DNA of 64,000 nucleotides from Lepidodermella squamata (Eukaryota; Animalia; Gastrotricha), in contig JBLDXI010000020.1 of NCBI GenBank assembly GCA_047495785.1, forward strand, positions 434,001 through 498,000, written 5' to 3'. The translations under genes were made by a program, and so were the position numbers. The notes below the pieces were generated by a model. The model worked only from the letters and a program-made list of their open reading frames with translations. It made no database searches and was not told where the DNA came from. Positions 13,022 through 26,200 of the stretch are shown one piece after another (within the stretch, counting starts at the first letter, position 1; every line of letters starts with the position of its first letter).

Positions 13022-13121
13022 TACAGCTCAACCTAATATAAAGTTGTATTATCCGGACTGGTCTAAACCGGACCATTTTGCCTGGCGCGACCCGAGTCCG
13101 GTATAGTCTACTTTCACTGTA
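13022..13121. mobile_element. Small TA-flanked MITE (Tc1/mariner-pogo-like termini)
   Basis: TA-CAG...CTG-TA ends; internal imperfect inverted repeat aagttgtattatccggact versus agtccggtatagtctactt. Confidence 0.55.
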
Positions 13122-13224
13122 TGTAATCCGATTGATTTCAGTTTCCCAGTTTTCACCCTATATTCGTGAAAATAAATTCGGATTCTCAGATGCCGATTCC
13201 ACATTTTGTCCTTAAGTTTACGTT

Positions 13225-13315
13225 AGAGAGGCTGGGTTGAGGTGTGTGAGTTTGTGTGACATAAGTGTGGCAGGCAGGGTTCAAATCCCGCAGCCTGCGC
13301 AGATTATTATTTTTT
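13225..13315 (+). mobile_element. tRNA-derived SINE-like or Pol III B-box remnant
   Basis: GGGTTCAAATCCC T-arm/B-box (13277-13289) inside a gcaggc/gcctgc stem, followed by a T-run; no complete cloverleaf. Confidence 0.4.
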
Positions 13316-13357
13316 GTTTGTTGGAAATGAGCACCTGAACTTTGCTGAACAAGGCGG

Positions 13358-13430
13358 AGCTAAAATTAGCTGTCAAACGGCCATTTTTACAGCTAATTTC
13401 AGGTAACTAGTTATTTCAGCTAATTTCAGC
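13358..13430. repeat. Direct and inverted repeats of CAGCTAATTT
   Basis: aaattagctg followed by two cagctaatttcag copies within about 70 nt. Confidence 0.55.
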
Positions 13431-13625
13431 TTTTTTGTGCCGATATGGGTCTATGGATTCCACATCATTATATTACAAACATTGGGGCATTTTGGGTAGG
13501 AAACGATGGTGACTCATTTCAGCGATAGCTTTAAATAGTTAGTTTGATCTCACAATTTGCAAAGCTTATCATAAGGTGATCTTATTTATCCTGATTTGAC
13601 GATTTTTGGCTGCGGATAACACCCA

Positions 13626-13765
13626 TAATACACGGGTTATATCGGTGGATGTCGATGGATACAGTCCTTCAACATTCCTACGGCTGCGCCTCAAGCCTGA
13701 ATAGCTATAGCCTTCCGGCCAATGTCCATCGCGATCCACCTATGATATACACCCGTATAAATTAT
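13626..13765. mobile_element. Palindromic MITE-like element
   Basis: Long imperfect inverted arms: acgggttatatc-ggtggat-gtcgatgga versus tccatcgc-gatccacc-tat-gatatacacccgt. Confidence 0.6.
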
Positions 13766-14299
13766 ATAATAAACTGAATCACTGTAGCGTGTGACGTTTC
13801 AAAAGAGTATGTTTCCACAATGAATGGACATCGGCGATCAAAATGACGACGGGCATCTGAGCTGTTCGTACACTGCCTGGACACTCATCCCTCTCACGTC
13901 TCTCACGTGTCCTTAATTTCTGTCCACGTGCTGCTCTGCTTCGGAACGCCCGTCATCGTAGAGCGCGAACTATAATTGCTGAATCATTGCGTAAGAACTA
14001 GAATCTCGAAGTTTACGATTTCGTTTGTGGCGTGACCAAACACCAAGAAATTATTCATCACTTTTTTTAGATAAAACGCGATTCAAATTACACAGGAAGG
14101 TGCCTTCTTATCGCTCTAAATTTCGGTGCGCAATTTATCGCAGCCGAGCCAAATGCATAATTATCATCACAAAAGCGACGAATACTTCTTGCCCAATTAA
14201 GTTTCCCAGACAAGCCTTTTTAGCACAAGGAAGTTCCTCATCACACACCTATCTTCGTTAGCAGCCCCTCCCTCTTTTTTCGATAGCAAAAGAAAAGGA

Positions 14300-15897
14300 A
14301 TGAACTTCCCGAGCGGCGGTTTGCCCAGCACCGCCTCGTTTTACGCTTCACCGCAAGCGGGCGTGCCATTTTGCGTCACGCCCAACGTTTGCGCCACGCC
14401 TTCCGTCAACTGGCTGACGGGCGCTTTTAGTGGCAGTAATAACAATACCGCTAACAACAACAACAACTACTACTACGAAGAAGCCTACATCACAACAACC
14501 CCGCCATGGATAGCAACGGCGAAAGCCGAGTGTTTCGACACATCCTTTGGTGCAAGTTCGATCGCGATCGATGACACTCATGAAACTTATGCATTATCTT
14601 CCCCGGGTCAAACAGCGAACCTAAATGTGGGCGACCTGCGGTTGAATCTATCGAACCCACCTGGTCTCACGAGCCCTGAACTTCCCAACTTCACCCTCGA
14701 TTTCATGCCTGATCAACAGCATCCACCAATTACATACCTCCAAATCGGGGCAGAGTCAAGTTTTTGCAAGATTCCCGCAGGATCCGCAGCGGGAATTCGA
14801 ATTTCTGGTAATGCAAATGAAACACCGTCTACTTTGTCTCCAACACTAAGGATCGACCAAAACCAAAACGCCCTTCTTTTGGCTGCACTGAGAAACGAAG
14901 TTGCAGACGCTGTCAGCAGCGACGACTTCAAGATGGAAACTGAAAATATATTGATAAAGCATCTGCAAAAAGGCAAACAATTGGAAAGTGGCACTTTAGT
15001 TGCTGATGTGGCGGCCAAGTCCACGACCATGAGATTGAGGTCTTGCTCAGATTGCGGCAAGAAATTCACGAAAAATTCCTACTTGACCACTCACAAGAGG
15101 ACACACACCGGTGAAAAGCCATACAAGTAATTTTATTTTGAAATAGTAAACAAATTCGAATATTAATATCAAAGCATTTGAAAAGATCACAATTAAATCC
15201 ATAGGGGAGAAATTCCTTATCAAACTTGAACACTGCAAAATTGTTTAATTATTTGTTTAATAGGTCAATTTATAGCTGCAGTAACCCATAAGTGATAAGT
15301 GACACTAACTAACTTCTCTTTTTTAAACCCTACAGCTGCAAGTATTGCAACTCGTCCTTTGTCAGAAGTGACATACTTAAGCGACACATGCGAGGACATT
15401 CTGGCGACAAGCCGTATCAATGCGTCGTTTGCGGCGTAACTTTCCCCAGGTCTGATCGTCTTTTGCAACATGTACGTCGACAGGGCCACTGGCTGGAATC
15501 CTCAGACTACGAAAACGTAGCTAGCAGCAACACCAGTAGTAAACCGAAGCGGCGCCGTGCCGGTGTTGGCAAGAGTTCATTCGCCAAAAATTCATCATCA
15601 AGCCTGACTTCTGCCTCGACGTCGGCGGATATTAATAGAAATGGTGATTATTCGAACTCAGAGAAGCCGGTGCCTTTGCCTTGGAGAACGCCAACTTTAA
15701 GTAAAATGCTGCCCGAAAATGTAGTTGCTCCGCCTGTGGTTATGCCGCCATTCTACCAAGATCCTTCGAGCCAAAAGTTCTTGCAACCTGGCGAGATGAG
15801 CTCAATTTTGCACAACGCGATATGGGATAATCAGAGTAATGATAATCACAATTCGCCTCTTCAAGGTGCCCAAACGGCGCCTGTTAATCAGCTGTAA
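14300..15897 (+). CDS. Three-finger C2H2 transcription factor, divergent KLF/Sp-like (2 exons)
   Basis: Fingers CSDCGKKFTKNSYLTTHKRTH-TGEKPY, CKYCNSSFVRSDILKRHMRGH-SGDKPY and CVVCGVTFPRSDRLLQHVRRQGH joined by one intron of about 207 nt. Confidence 0.8.
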
Positions 15898-17210
15898 GCT
15901 TACAGCATTTACGCTGCAACTACTAATATTCAGCTTTGAATCCCTGATTTGCAAATTAATAAATAGATTTATCGTTATTCAACTATCAAAGTTATGGAAT
16001 TACCTACTATGTGGAAGCTTGTGATGTTAACTGAAGTAATCGTTACTGTTGCCTGTCATAAAGATAAACTCTAAATAAACATGTTTACTGTAGCTACTTG
16101 TTGCACAGTTGAAGATGGTTATAGGAATCAATATTGATTCTTGGCATTCGCGCAAGACGTACGGTACCTTCCTACATTTTACATTAACTATCAAGTATCA
16201 CGCCAGTTACACATTAAATCCAGCCGAGTTCGTGTCAAAGTTGCATGAACAGCAGACAGAAACAAGTTTCAAAGGCCTAAATTGAAAGGGCTGATGGAAT
16301 AACCCTCGAATGGTTAACTTTAATCAAATCATTTACTCGATTATGCTGCAGCGATAGTTTCTTTTCAGCGGCCATAGTGATCCAATCAGTTGGATGAAAT
16401 GGAAAAAGAAGCGGTTTGTTCTTATAGCATTATCGGCATTATCATTGAGTTCATTCAGGCTCGTAGGAATAGAGCTTTTTGTCTCCTCAGACGGCGAAAA
16501 AGGCCGTGGATGACTCGTGGAATCCTTAGCCCTGACGAGCTCTGCTTGCCTGGGAGCTCTTCGCCTTGCGCTCTGCGCGACCTTGGAAACATGCGCCCAT
16601 AAAATTTATTAAAAACTTATGCAACAGTTTGTAAGTCTTTTTTATTAGGTTTTTACTGCCGAAATAAATATCTTTTTTATATTTAAATTCGGCCTTATTT
16701 AAACGAACGCCGCGGTGTTACTTCGAGTTTGACGAGTTTTTGCAGGTGAGAAAGAGTCGTCGAGAATGCCCGCAAGTTGCCACCCAGATTTAGCACCAGC
16801 ACCCAGAGCTAGCAGCTGGTCTTCTATCTTCCATTGCAGTCTTTAAGCATTAAATTTCGATAAGAACAGCGTTTTGTTTATTAAAATCAATACCTCGCCA
16901 GCAGTTAACTGCCATTTTTCAGGCATTTGACCTTTGAAATAGATGTCATTTCGTTTCTTAACGAACTTAGGGGAACTTATGATACGTGTCGCTGATCGTC
17001 GTTTGGGTATTTGGCAGTAAATGTGAAACGTTGCCGTATGAGACATGTCCACATGCCACGTAATGCACACGAGAGTTTGGACTCCGCCATGATCTCTGCT
17101 GGATCATGACCCTTCGCCTTTCTCATTCCTCTCGGCGATTTCCTACCAACATAGCTTTCAACTATTATTTTTTTTCGTTGAAATGTAGGTTTAATGTATC
17201 CGGATGAGAC

Positions 17211-20200
17211 ATGAAAGTTGATAAAACGAAAATTCGATATACGACTGAACTGGTAAGTTGAAAACATGGCCTCGTCATTTTCTTCTAATATGAGCTGTGA
17301 TTGACTTTAGCCACCGGACTGTAAAGTTGTTATCGAAAGGTTGAAAAAGTCATCTCGAACTGAGCTTGTTCAGTACCTACGCGAGTTTCAGCTTTGGAAC
17401 CTGAGCAAGGTGAGTTGTTATCCTGATGTCCAATTTTTGAATCAGAATCCATTCAACTTCTATCTATTCAGTCTGAGCTCGCTTACTGGAGTACTGTTCT
17501 TGATATTTTCGATGGCATTCTCGAGGAATGCAGCCAGCCCGTGAACTCTAACATTTGGTGTTTGTACTGTGATAAAGCGGAGAATGCAGAGGTAATCATG
17601 GCTATAATATTGATAGTTGATGGCTATTGAGAAACCCACCTTTTTCTAGCTGCGTGAGACGGCATGCTGTGTTCTCAATTTTATGGCGCTCCTTATCGAG
17701 CATACTTTTGGGAGACATATATTCAGCAGCATCGACAGAATTATTCTCCTGCTCAACACATCCGACGTTTCGCTGTTGAATGCAACTCTGTCACTTTTGT
17801 ACTCCTTCAGGTTTGTAATACCAAAATAGCTTGGCTTGTATTGTTTAACGATTTTATTTTATATTAACCAGTAAGCGTTCCAGTTTTATTCAGAGGCTCG
17901 ATGCGGATGTGCACGGCGTTTTAATGAAAAAGATGATGAGCATCTCGGAAAGTTGGGGCGAGCGTGAAAATGGATTCAGTTTAGCAGACTGCTGCCGACA
18001 CGCATCGGCCCAATCGTTTCCCCGAAATCCCCTGGCGTTTTCTTTCGAGTACTATTTTGTGCCGGAAATTGGAGATAATTCATCTTCCAAAAATCGGAAG
18101 ACTGCTGTAAACTCTGGTCCATCTCAGCTCGCCTGCTTGCGATGCGATCTTGCTGAAGATTCGTTTACTGGGCTTTCGACCGGTGAAATAATGATCAAAT
18201 TACTGTCAGAACACCGCATTCCAGAGGCTCGGCATCAACAGTTGTTCCACCGCCTTCGCTTAGCTAGGGGGTTCGCTGATTATCCTACTCGTTTGCAATT
18301 GATTGAGTCTCGTCTGTTAACTTTGACCACTCTAATTTACTGTCGAACGGTATCATCTTCTGCGATCACGGTCACATTCATCGAAGAGGTGGCTGAATTG
18401 CTACAGCTTGCCCCGTCTACAGTGGGTAAAGAATCCACCAGTCGTCTTTCTCAGCTCAAGGGCGCTGCGTTGAAGCTTCTGACAGCGCTTGTTCATGCCG
18501 AACTAAATGGCTATAAAAAGCTTTCAACAATAGTCGATTGCTTGGGTGTTAACGATTATCATGGCTTTTTACCAAGTTTATTCCGTCAAACTGTCCAGAG
18601 CCTGTTAGAAGAAAGCAAGTCAGAGTCCGGAGAGCTCACTCGGCCGAATGGATTCACGACCTGTATTTTTTCCCTCCTTTACCACATGGCTACAATCGAG
18701 CCAACTGGTTCTGGTGCTCTACTCACGGCTGGTCTGGTCGAACCATTGTTAAAGGTGGTAGGCTGGTATTCTCAGACTGAGGAGAACTTGGCCTACGTCA
18801 CCCGCGCGGTTCGCGTTGTTAATTTAATTTGCGACTATGATGCAACCAGCTTCTTTCAACTCGGTGGTCTCAACATCTGCGTTCAGCGCCTCGAGCATGA
18901 CGTCGAGGTGTGTCGTCGCGAGGAGCCGTTCGAAATTCAAGCCGAGTGGCTGCAGGTCTACATGGACCCTGCCCAAGGTGCTGAGCAACAAGCACAGCAG
19001 CAAGAAAACGCTGGTGATGCCCCTGCAGCCTCGCCGGGCGCGACTGGTATGGAGGTTGTGCCGCCAGTTATCAAGCCGGAGACGAGCACCCGATCAGCTG
19101 AATGCAGCCAGCAACGCATGGCTTTGCTAAAATCGCTTCTGGGATTTTTCAAAGACCTTTTCGCCAATCAAACACATGCGGACCAGATCAGACGTGTGAT
19201 GGACGCTGCCGTCCCGCGCTGCCTTCGTCACATAATCTCTAACCCTCAGTATTACGGTCCAACTGTGTTCCTGAACGCCGTAGATCTCGTTACTCGTTAC
19301 ATTTATCAGGAGCCGTCACTGCTGTCCCAGTTGCAAGACTCTGGTTTCACCAATGTCGTGTTATTCGCACTGATCATCCGCGATGTACCAGCCACGCGTG
19401 AGGTTCTTGCCCAACTACCGGCGGCCTTCAGCGCTCTGTGTCTGAATCAGCGGGGCCTTCAAACTTTCATTCGCTGCCGTCCATTCGATCGACTGATGAA
19501 GTTTTTGTTCTCACCCGAATATTTGCCAGCGATGCAGCGACGAACCGGCGGGAAAGATGCGGGTGGAAACAGTGACACTGCTCGATCGCTTGGTCTCGCT
19601 GTGGATGACATGATGCGACACCAGCCAGCGTTGAGGCCAGATACGATGCGGGCTCTCGTTAAGTTGCTCGAGCAACTGGGAGTGATGGGTCGTGATAAGA
19701 ACGCCACATGGGTGGGTGTTGTCTCGACTTCTGAATCGAATTCTGCTGCGAGTGGCAACGGCAACGAGCAGATTTTCCAACAGGCGAACGACGATGGTGG
19801 CAGCACGTCTGATGACGATGAAGATGGCGTCAATTTACCTCCACTTGCCGTCGTTGGGGTCAGTGTGAACAACAACTCGAACTCTAACCAGCAACCGTCG
19901 GCTGTTGGTGGCGGGGTTTCTCAAGGTGCGTCGAGCACACCTGCTACTGGAACTCCGGGTACTACTAACGCCGCAGCTCCGGGTGCCGAACCGACTCGCC
20001 GAAAACCTCCTGTCACAGAATTTATTTATAATACGGTGAGTTGTCGATAGTTATTTAGGTATTCATCGCAATGCATTGATCTTCGCTTAGATTCTAATTA
20101 TGGAAGTATTTTCGCGGAATAAGGCATTGCAACATAAATTCGTTATTTAGTTTTTATCCACCTAAATTAATGCCTATCGTTTTGGTGAATGCTAAATTTT

Positions 20201-23200
20201 GATACATTTCTTCTAGATGAGATTCATGGAAGCGATGTTGAGCTCGAATGCGACCGACGATCACTGTACTGCCTTCGCCAATCAAGGTGGAGTCAAGCCA
20301 TTGCTGTCTTTGCTGACTCTTCCGCATCTCCCGTTGGATTTCGCCGGCTATCATGCTTGCGATTCGATAGCCGCCGTTGTCAAGTCAATGATCGGCCTGT
20401 CCCGTAACGGCCAGTTGGTAACCAAGGCGTTTGAGCTGTTGAATGAACAACTTCGATTGCCTATTCTCGAAAATTTCTCAACCAATGCGTTACAACAAAA
20501 GTCGTCGAGCTTGTGGGCGGAGGCGAGCAAGGCACGCAGTGAGGAAGAATTAGCCGACCCTACATTTGCCCCTCTACTTCGTGCCCTTTCGGCCGTCCAC
20601 GCCATCATGAGCATGCTGTTTCATCTTTCATCAAACCAGCAAGAAGTTCGAGCTGTCCTGCTCACATCATGGGCGTCATCGGAGGGTCTTTCACTTCTCG
20701 TTCAATTAACCCAGCTCTATACTGCTTTGATATGGGAGTTCAGCCTTCTCGTGGTTGAGGCAGATAATATCGTTGCGGAACAACAGCAGCAATCTGAGTC
20801 TGACAAAATGGAGACAGCAAGCGGGTCGGCTGAAGCGCCCACCCCAACGACTCCAGCCCCGATGGTAATGACCGACCGGGTACGACTGTACAAGTTTGTT
20901 GCCGGACTGGCTGCGGACCAGTTGAAGACTTTCCACCAACTGTTCATTCATTTGGTCCGGCTAGCGGCTGCTACGCCGACACGTCGCACCCGGCTCGGCA
21001 TGATGGTCCCCCCAGTCAGCCCAGCCTCCCACTGCCTGGCAGCAACCGGGTGCCGGGCGATTCACGCCGCTCTTTCAGCATCTCTCCCAGCCGCAGCTGA
21101 CACGAAGGCCAAGCTGAAGTACTACCAAATCGCTGCGGGTACTTTAACATGGCTATACGATGATAGCAATCAGCCATACCACATTCTGTTGTCGTATTTC
21201 ACCCCGATCGGTTGCCGGGATGCGTTGAAATGGGTTCTCGAGTATCTGTTGACTCTCGACCCAGCCACCGTCCAACCTCACACCAGCGGGCAAGCGATTT
21301 CGTCGGCGACCGGCGCGACTCCTGGATCGGCTAATCGACCTTCCCTTCCTACAATGATGGCGATATCCGTGGACAGCACGTTGTCAGATTTGCTCACCGA
21401 ACTCCGCCGATTGTGCTCAACATCGGTCGTTGTCGATTCGCCCAACTCACTGCAGGCAACTGGCGGCACTGGGGCAGCTTACTTGCCCGGCATGAGCCCG
21501 TCAGCTCAGCGGAATGCCACGAATGGCAACTCTGGAGCTGACTTCGATGCGAGCTCTTTCGTAGCCGGCATGCATTCTGTCGCTTTTGCACTGCTTCAGC
21601 AGGCTTGGACATCTTCGAATCGCAGAATTGCCACATCTTCGGTTTCTCCCCTTCTCGTCGATATTATGTGCCATGTTGTCGGTTCTCCACAACTCTCCGT
21701 AAGTTACCTAACTATTGAAGCTTTTTAGAGATTATTTGATAGTATGATGTTAACATAAATGCATGTTTGATTCCTGATTGATTATTAGCTCTATCTGATT
21801 CTCGTATATTCTAGCCGTTGCAGTACAAAGATTTCGAAACACCGATTTTATAACTTATATATTTTTCAGGAGAAAACTGGCGGCGAAGAAGAGAAACTCC
21901 CGAATGGGCAACATTCAGCTGCTTCGACGTCTGCCAACGCTGCAGCGCCTGTCAGTGCCAATTCGGCTCACGAGTTGGCTGTCGCTAGCGCCGCGCGTTT
22001 AGCCTCGGTTATTCGTGAGGCCCAAGCTGCTCTTGAACCACCTGTTAGTCAGGATCATTTGCAACAATTGTGCGACATGGGCTTTCCTCGAGAACTCGCG
22101 GTAGAAGCCCTCCTCAATACCAATAATTTGGAACAAGCTGCTGACTACTGTTTGACCCATCCCGCTCCGCCACCTGCTGCTGCCGCGCCTTCAGCACCAA
22201 CCGGGGCCGCTGTCGAGCCTGCAGTCGTTGAACCAGCTGCAGCGGCGGCACCGCCACCTGCCAACAACGCTGGTGTTCCGGCGCTGCCACCAGCCCCGCG
22301 CTCGTTAGCAAGTGGCCCTGACTTTTTGAACTACATGATGATGAACATTCCACAAATGTCTCGAGCCCCATTTTCTGGACTGCCTCCTCTGCAGCCTGAA
22401 CCAAGCGCACCTGGCGAACAAAGCCAGGGCAAGTCGGCGACCCAGGCTCAGCAGCAAAGTCTTATCGACCCTGCCGATGTCAACGTTTTTTTGACAAAAA
22501 TCTTCAGTGGTTAGTTGAAACTTTTGCTCAGCTCTTATGTTTTTTATACTTTTTTGTTTGAATTTAGATTTGATGCTCCTAGTTGAGAGCAATCAGCTGA
22601 TTGTTCCCAAAGTTGCGTCGTTGTTGTCGAGTGCAATTCGCGCGAAGCAACCGATAAACGGCACCACATTGTTCACCATGCTTCTCGAGTCGACCATCCA
22701 GCTAATTGAAGATCCGAACCTGCTAACGACACAGGATGGCAAGAAGCGCCTTGCATCTCGGCTCTACTTGGCATCACTGCTGTTAAACGGCATCAAAATC
22801 TTCATCGATTGCTCTTCGGCAAGGTCTTTGGCGAATCGCTTGGTTGCCCTCCTGGCTAATGCTGATCTTGACTCGACGTCGAAACAGCAACCAGTGTGGA
22901 TCGCGCCGGCAATTTGCTACATCGACGTGTACATCGAATCAGCTGTCGGTGCTTACCTGCGCACATTCACCTTGAAAGCGTTGGAAAAGCCTCATCGGTG
23001 GCAATGGTACAAATCGGAAGACAGGCAACCGAAATGGATTGATTATTCAACGGCTGAAGGCAAGCTGCTTGATGCCGCCTACAAACGCGGCCAGCCAACC
23101 GTTCGTCTGTTTGTCAATTCTCGGTCAGTTGTTGGTGGCCCGCCCCAGGCTGGTAGTCGTCGCTCATACACGATCGATTTGCGGAAAATGCGCCAGGTTA

Positions 23201-26200
23201 GTATAAATGATTACAATAATACCTATTAATAACAGTGTGAAATTCGATGATGATCTACTTATGCATGCTTGATTCCTGATTGATCTATTAGCTCTATCTG
23301 AAATTGGATTTCTTATTGCGATTTGACTTCATTTGGCTGCAGTATTTACATCTCATTTTATTTTCAGGTGGCTGATGATAGCGGAACAGGACGTCGAATT
23401 CGAATTGCCGCATCGTCTGGCAAGCCATTGTCTCCTGCATCTGAGGGCCCGTCGACGAGCAATGACACGATGGAAGTTGACGAATCATCGACATTAGGTG
23501 GTCCCACTCGAGAATTCGACTTCGCGATCACTGAAAAATTCCGTCTCGTCGAATTCTGTGTCCGAATGCTGGGGCTCGAAGATTCTGATGGATCTTGCCA
23601 TCAAGCGGTGTTACTGCTTTTGGCTCGTTTGACCTCCGAAGCCGCATTGTGCTCTCATTTTGTGATTTGCGGTGGGTTGAGATCGCTGCTGCAATTGCCA
23701 GCGACCCCGACTATCCTATCGCTGTCATCGGTGGTCATGCTTTTATTGCGACATGTTCTCGAAGACACGACAACTATTCGAGCGATGATGGAGAGGCTTT
23801 GCCGAACGTTGGTTGGTCAGCCCACCGAGCGTGACCGTGAGCGTGAGATGATGTTGGGCCATCTACCCACCGCCAACGGTCAAGGTCAAGTTGGCTCTAA
23901 AGAGTTCCACTATTTTGTTCAGCTCATGGCACCTCTCATTTGCAAAAACATGGATTTGTGGCAAGAAGTTTGCGAAAGCGTTGTTCGTTTGCAAGCTCCG
24001 CCTAACAACAGATCTGACGATGATGAGAGAAGTGGAACCACCGCAGCTTACTGCCGCTTGGCCGCGCATTTGCAGCAGAGCGGTAGTGCCCACGGCACTG
24101 CGGCTTCGAACAGTCTCCCAGCTGGGAAAAGCGGCGGATCCCTTCCAGCGCCGCAACAAAATAATAGCTCGAGCTTGCCGATAACGCATCAACAACCTAC
24201 ACTGAATGAGTCTGCGACCTCTATGATTCGTATGTTGCTAGCTCTAGTCTGTGAAAAGGACGACGATGAAGCGGATGAATCCGCTGTAGCTGCGGAACCC
24301 GCGAAACAAGTCGAGGCGAAGGCCCCTGAAACAGCTGCGGCTGCTGAGGAAAAACCAGCGGCTACAGCGCCAAAGAGAACAAAACTTTTCTCTCGAAATT
24401 TTGTCCTGAGGGCTTTGGCCGAATTGGTCCGAGCGTCCCCTGCTGTTTCGCTTTTGGTTGTGCATTATCAACATCAGCCGATATTAATGAGCGCAACTGA
24501 TTCACAGGAGAACTCACCAACTGCCTTGTCGTTGATTTTCGACGACCTTCTGACCCGGCCAGCTGTTTCGAACGCTGCGAGTCGCTTGGTTGCTGCCGTG
24601 GCTGCTTGCTATCAATGCCCAGAGGCTCAAACAGGCCTGGTCAGTGAAATCAAATTAGCAATGGGTCGTGCTTTGGCTCAACCTGAAGGCCCGGCGAAAC
24701 ATAGACACTTGCGCTGTCTGGCGGAGGTAGTCCAACTCATGATTCAGGTGTGCCCCTCCCAACAACCGACTCCATTGCCGTCGACTATCATCGGCCGGCC
24801 GTCGGAAAAACTTCAGCCGATGAATAATATCATTCGTTTGATGTACAAACGCGGTTTATTGGCTGATCTTGCCAAGGCCAGCCACAGCCTCGACCTTTCA
24901 TCGCCAGAATTAGCTGGTACTATCAATGCCTTGCTAGGTCCGCTTGACACGTTGTGCCGGGCGGTGAATAGCCAACATTTGCAACAACAGATTCAGTCTC
25001 AGCAACAGTCGCAACGCGCGACGAACGCCGCGAATGCTGCTGGCGGCTCGGCGAGAACCACCGGGATCGCTGACCAGCAGACACAGTCAACTCAATCGCA
25101 TGGCGGTAATCAATCGCAAAATCGGCATCGCGAACGAAACGCGGCCGGTACTGCTGCCAACACTCACCGAGAATCAGCGAATTCGAACCAGACCGCCCAG
25201 CCAGGTGGTAATCTTGACTCTGGGGTCAACTCGGTCGCAACTATTACTACAGGTACGGCTGGGCAGGCAGCGGCAGGTGGTGCTGAAGGTGCCGACCTGG
25301 AGGAGTCGCTCGGCCCTGAGTCGATGCACCCGGCTGACGAGCCTTCGATGGAGCACATCCTCGAACGGCTGTTGACTGACAATCACTCACATGACATCCA
25401 CGACCTGTTGGGCGTAGTGCCGCCTGTCAATGTCGGCGGTGGGCGCCGTCGCCATCCTCAGATGGTTGTAATTGAAGACATGTCTTCGGGCGAAGATGAG
25501 GATGACGCGGAGGAGGGCGAGGAGGAAGAGCAAGAAGATGACGATGACCAGGACGGCGCCATGGCTGACAATAACGCAGGCGACGAAGCAGGTCGTGAAG
25601 GCGACAACAATCGTCAAAACGTCGAAGCAGCTGCGGGCCGCATGGAAGTCGGAGAGGTAGAGTCGGAGTTCGAAACTGCTGACGACGATGATGACGAGAA
25701 TGAAGATGGCGAAATGGGCGAAGATGACGAAACAAATGAGGATGAAGAGGGCGTCATGGAGGAAGAAGACTCCGAAGCCGATGACGATGATTACGGGGAC
25801 GACCAGGAATCTGGCGCAACCGAGGCTATCAGTGATGAGGCCGGCGATCATGTGCATGGTTTCATCCCAGGTGATATCGACCTGATGCTTGGCGCTTTGC
25901 CTGGCGATGATACTCCTACTTTGCCACCAGTCCCAGCTGCGAACGGAGCGGCGGCAGCCCCGATCCAACTACCATCAGCCGGTGGCAATGTTTTCGCCCA
26001 TCCTCTACTATCCCGAGCTGCTGTGGCCCCGACTGGTCACGCTCGCACCGCTCTGGGCACTGCTTTAACCGGCGGTTCGGGCTCAATCGGTATTTTCGCC
26101 AACGGACCGGGTGGTCAATTCCGTCAACCCCGTGGCATCGGTTTCTTCCCTCGCCAACGACAGAACGCTGGCGGTGTCGCCGGAAACAACATCCAGGCCA

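Noticed and set aside
13270-13298. Functional tRNA gene
   Set aside because: Only a T-arm/B-box is present; no acceptor, D or anticodon arms.
16490-16560. CTGACGA with nearby GAAA resembling a hammerhead ribozyme
   Set aside because: No GAAA after the gagctc stem, and in the permuted topology stems I and III cannot form.
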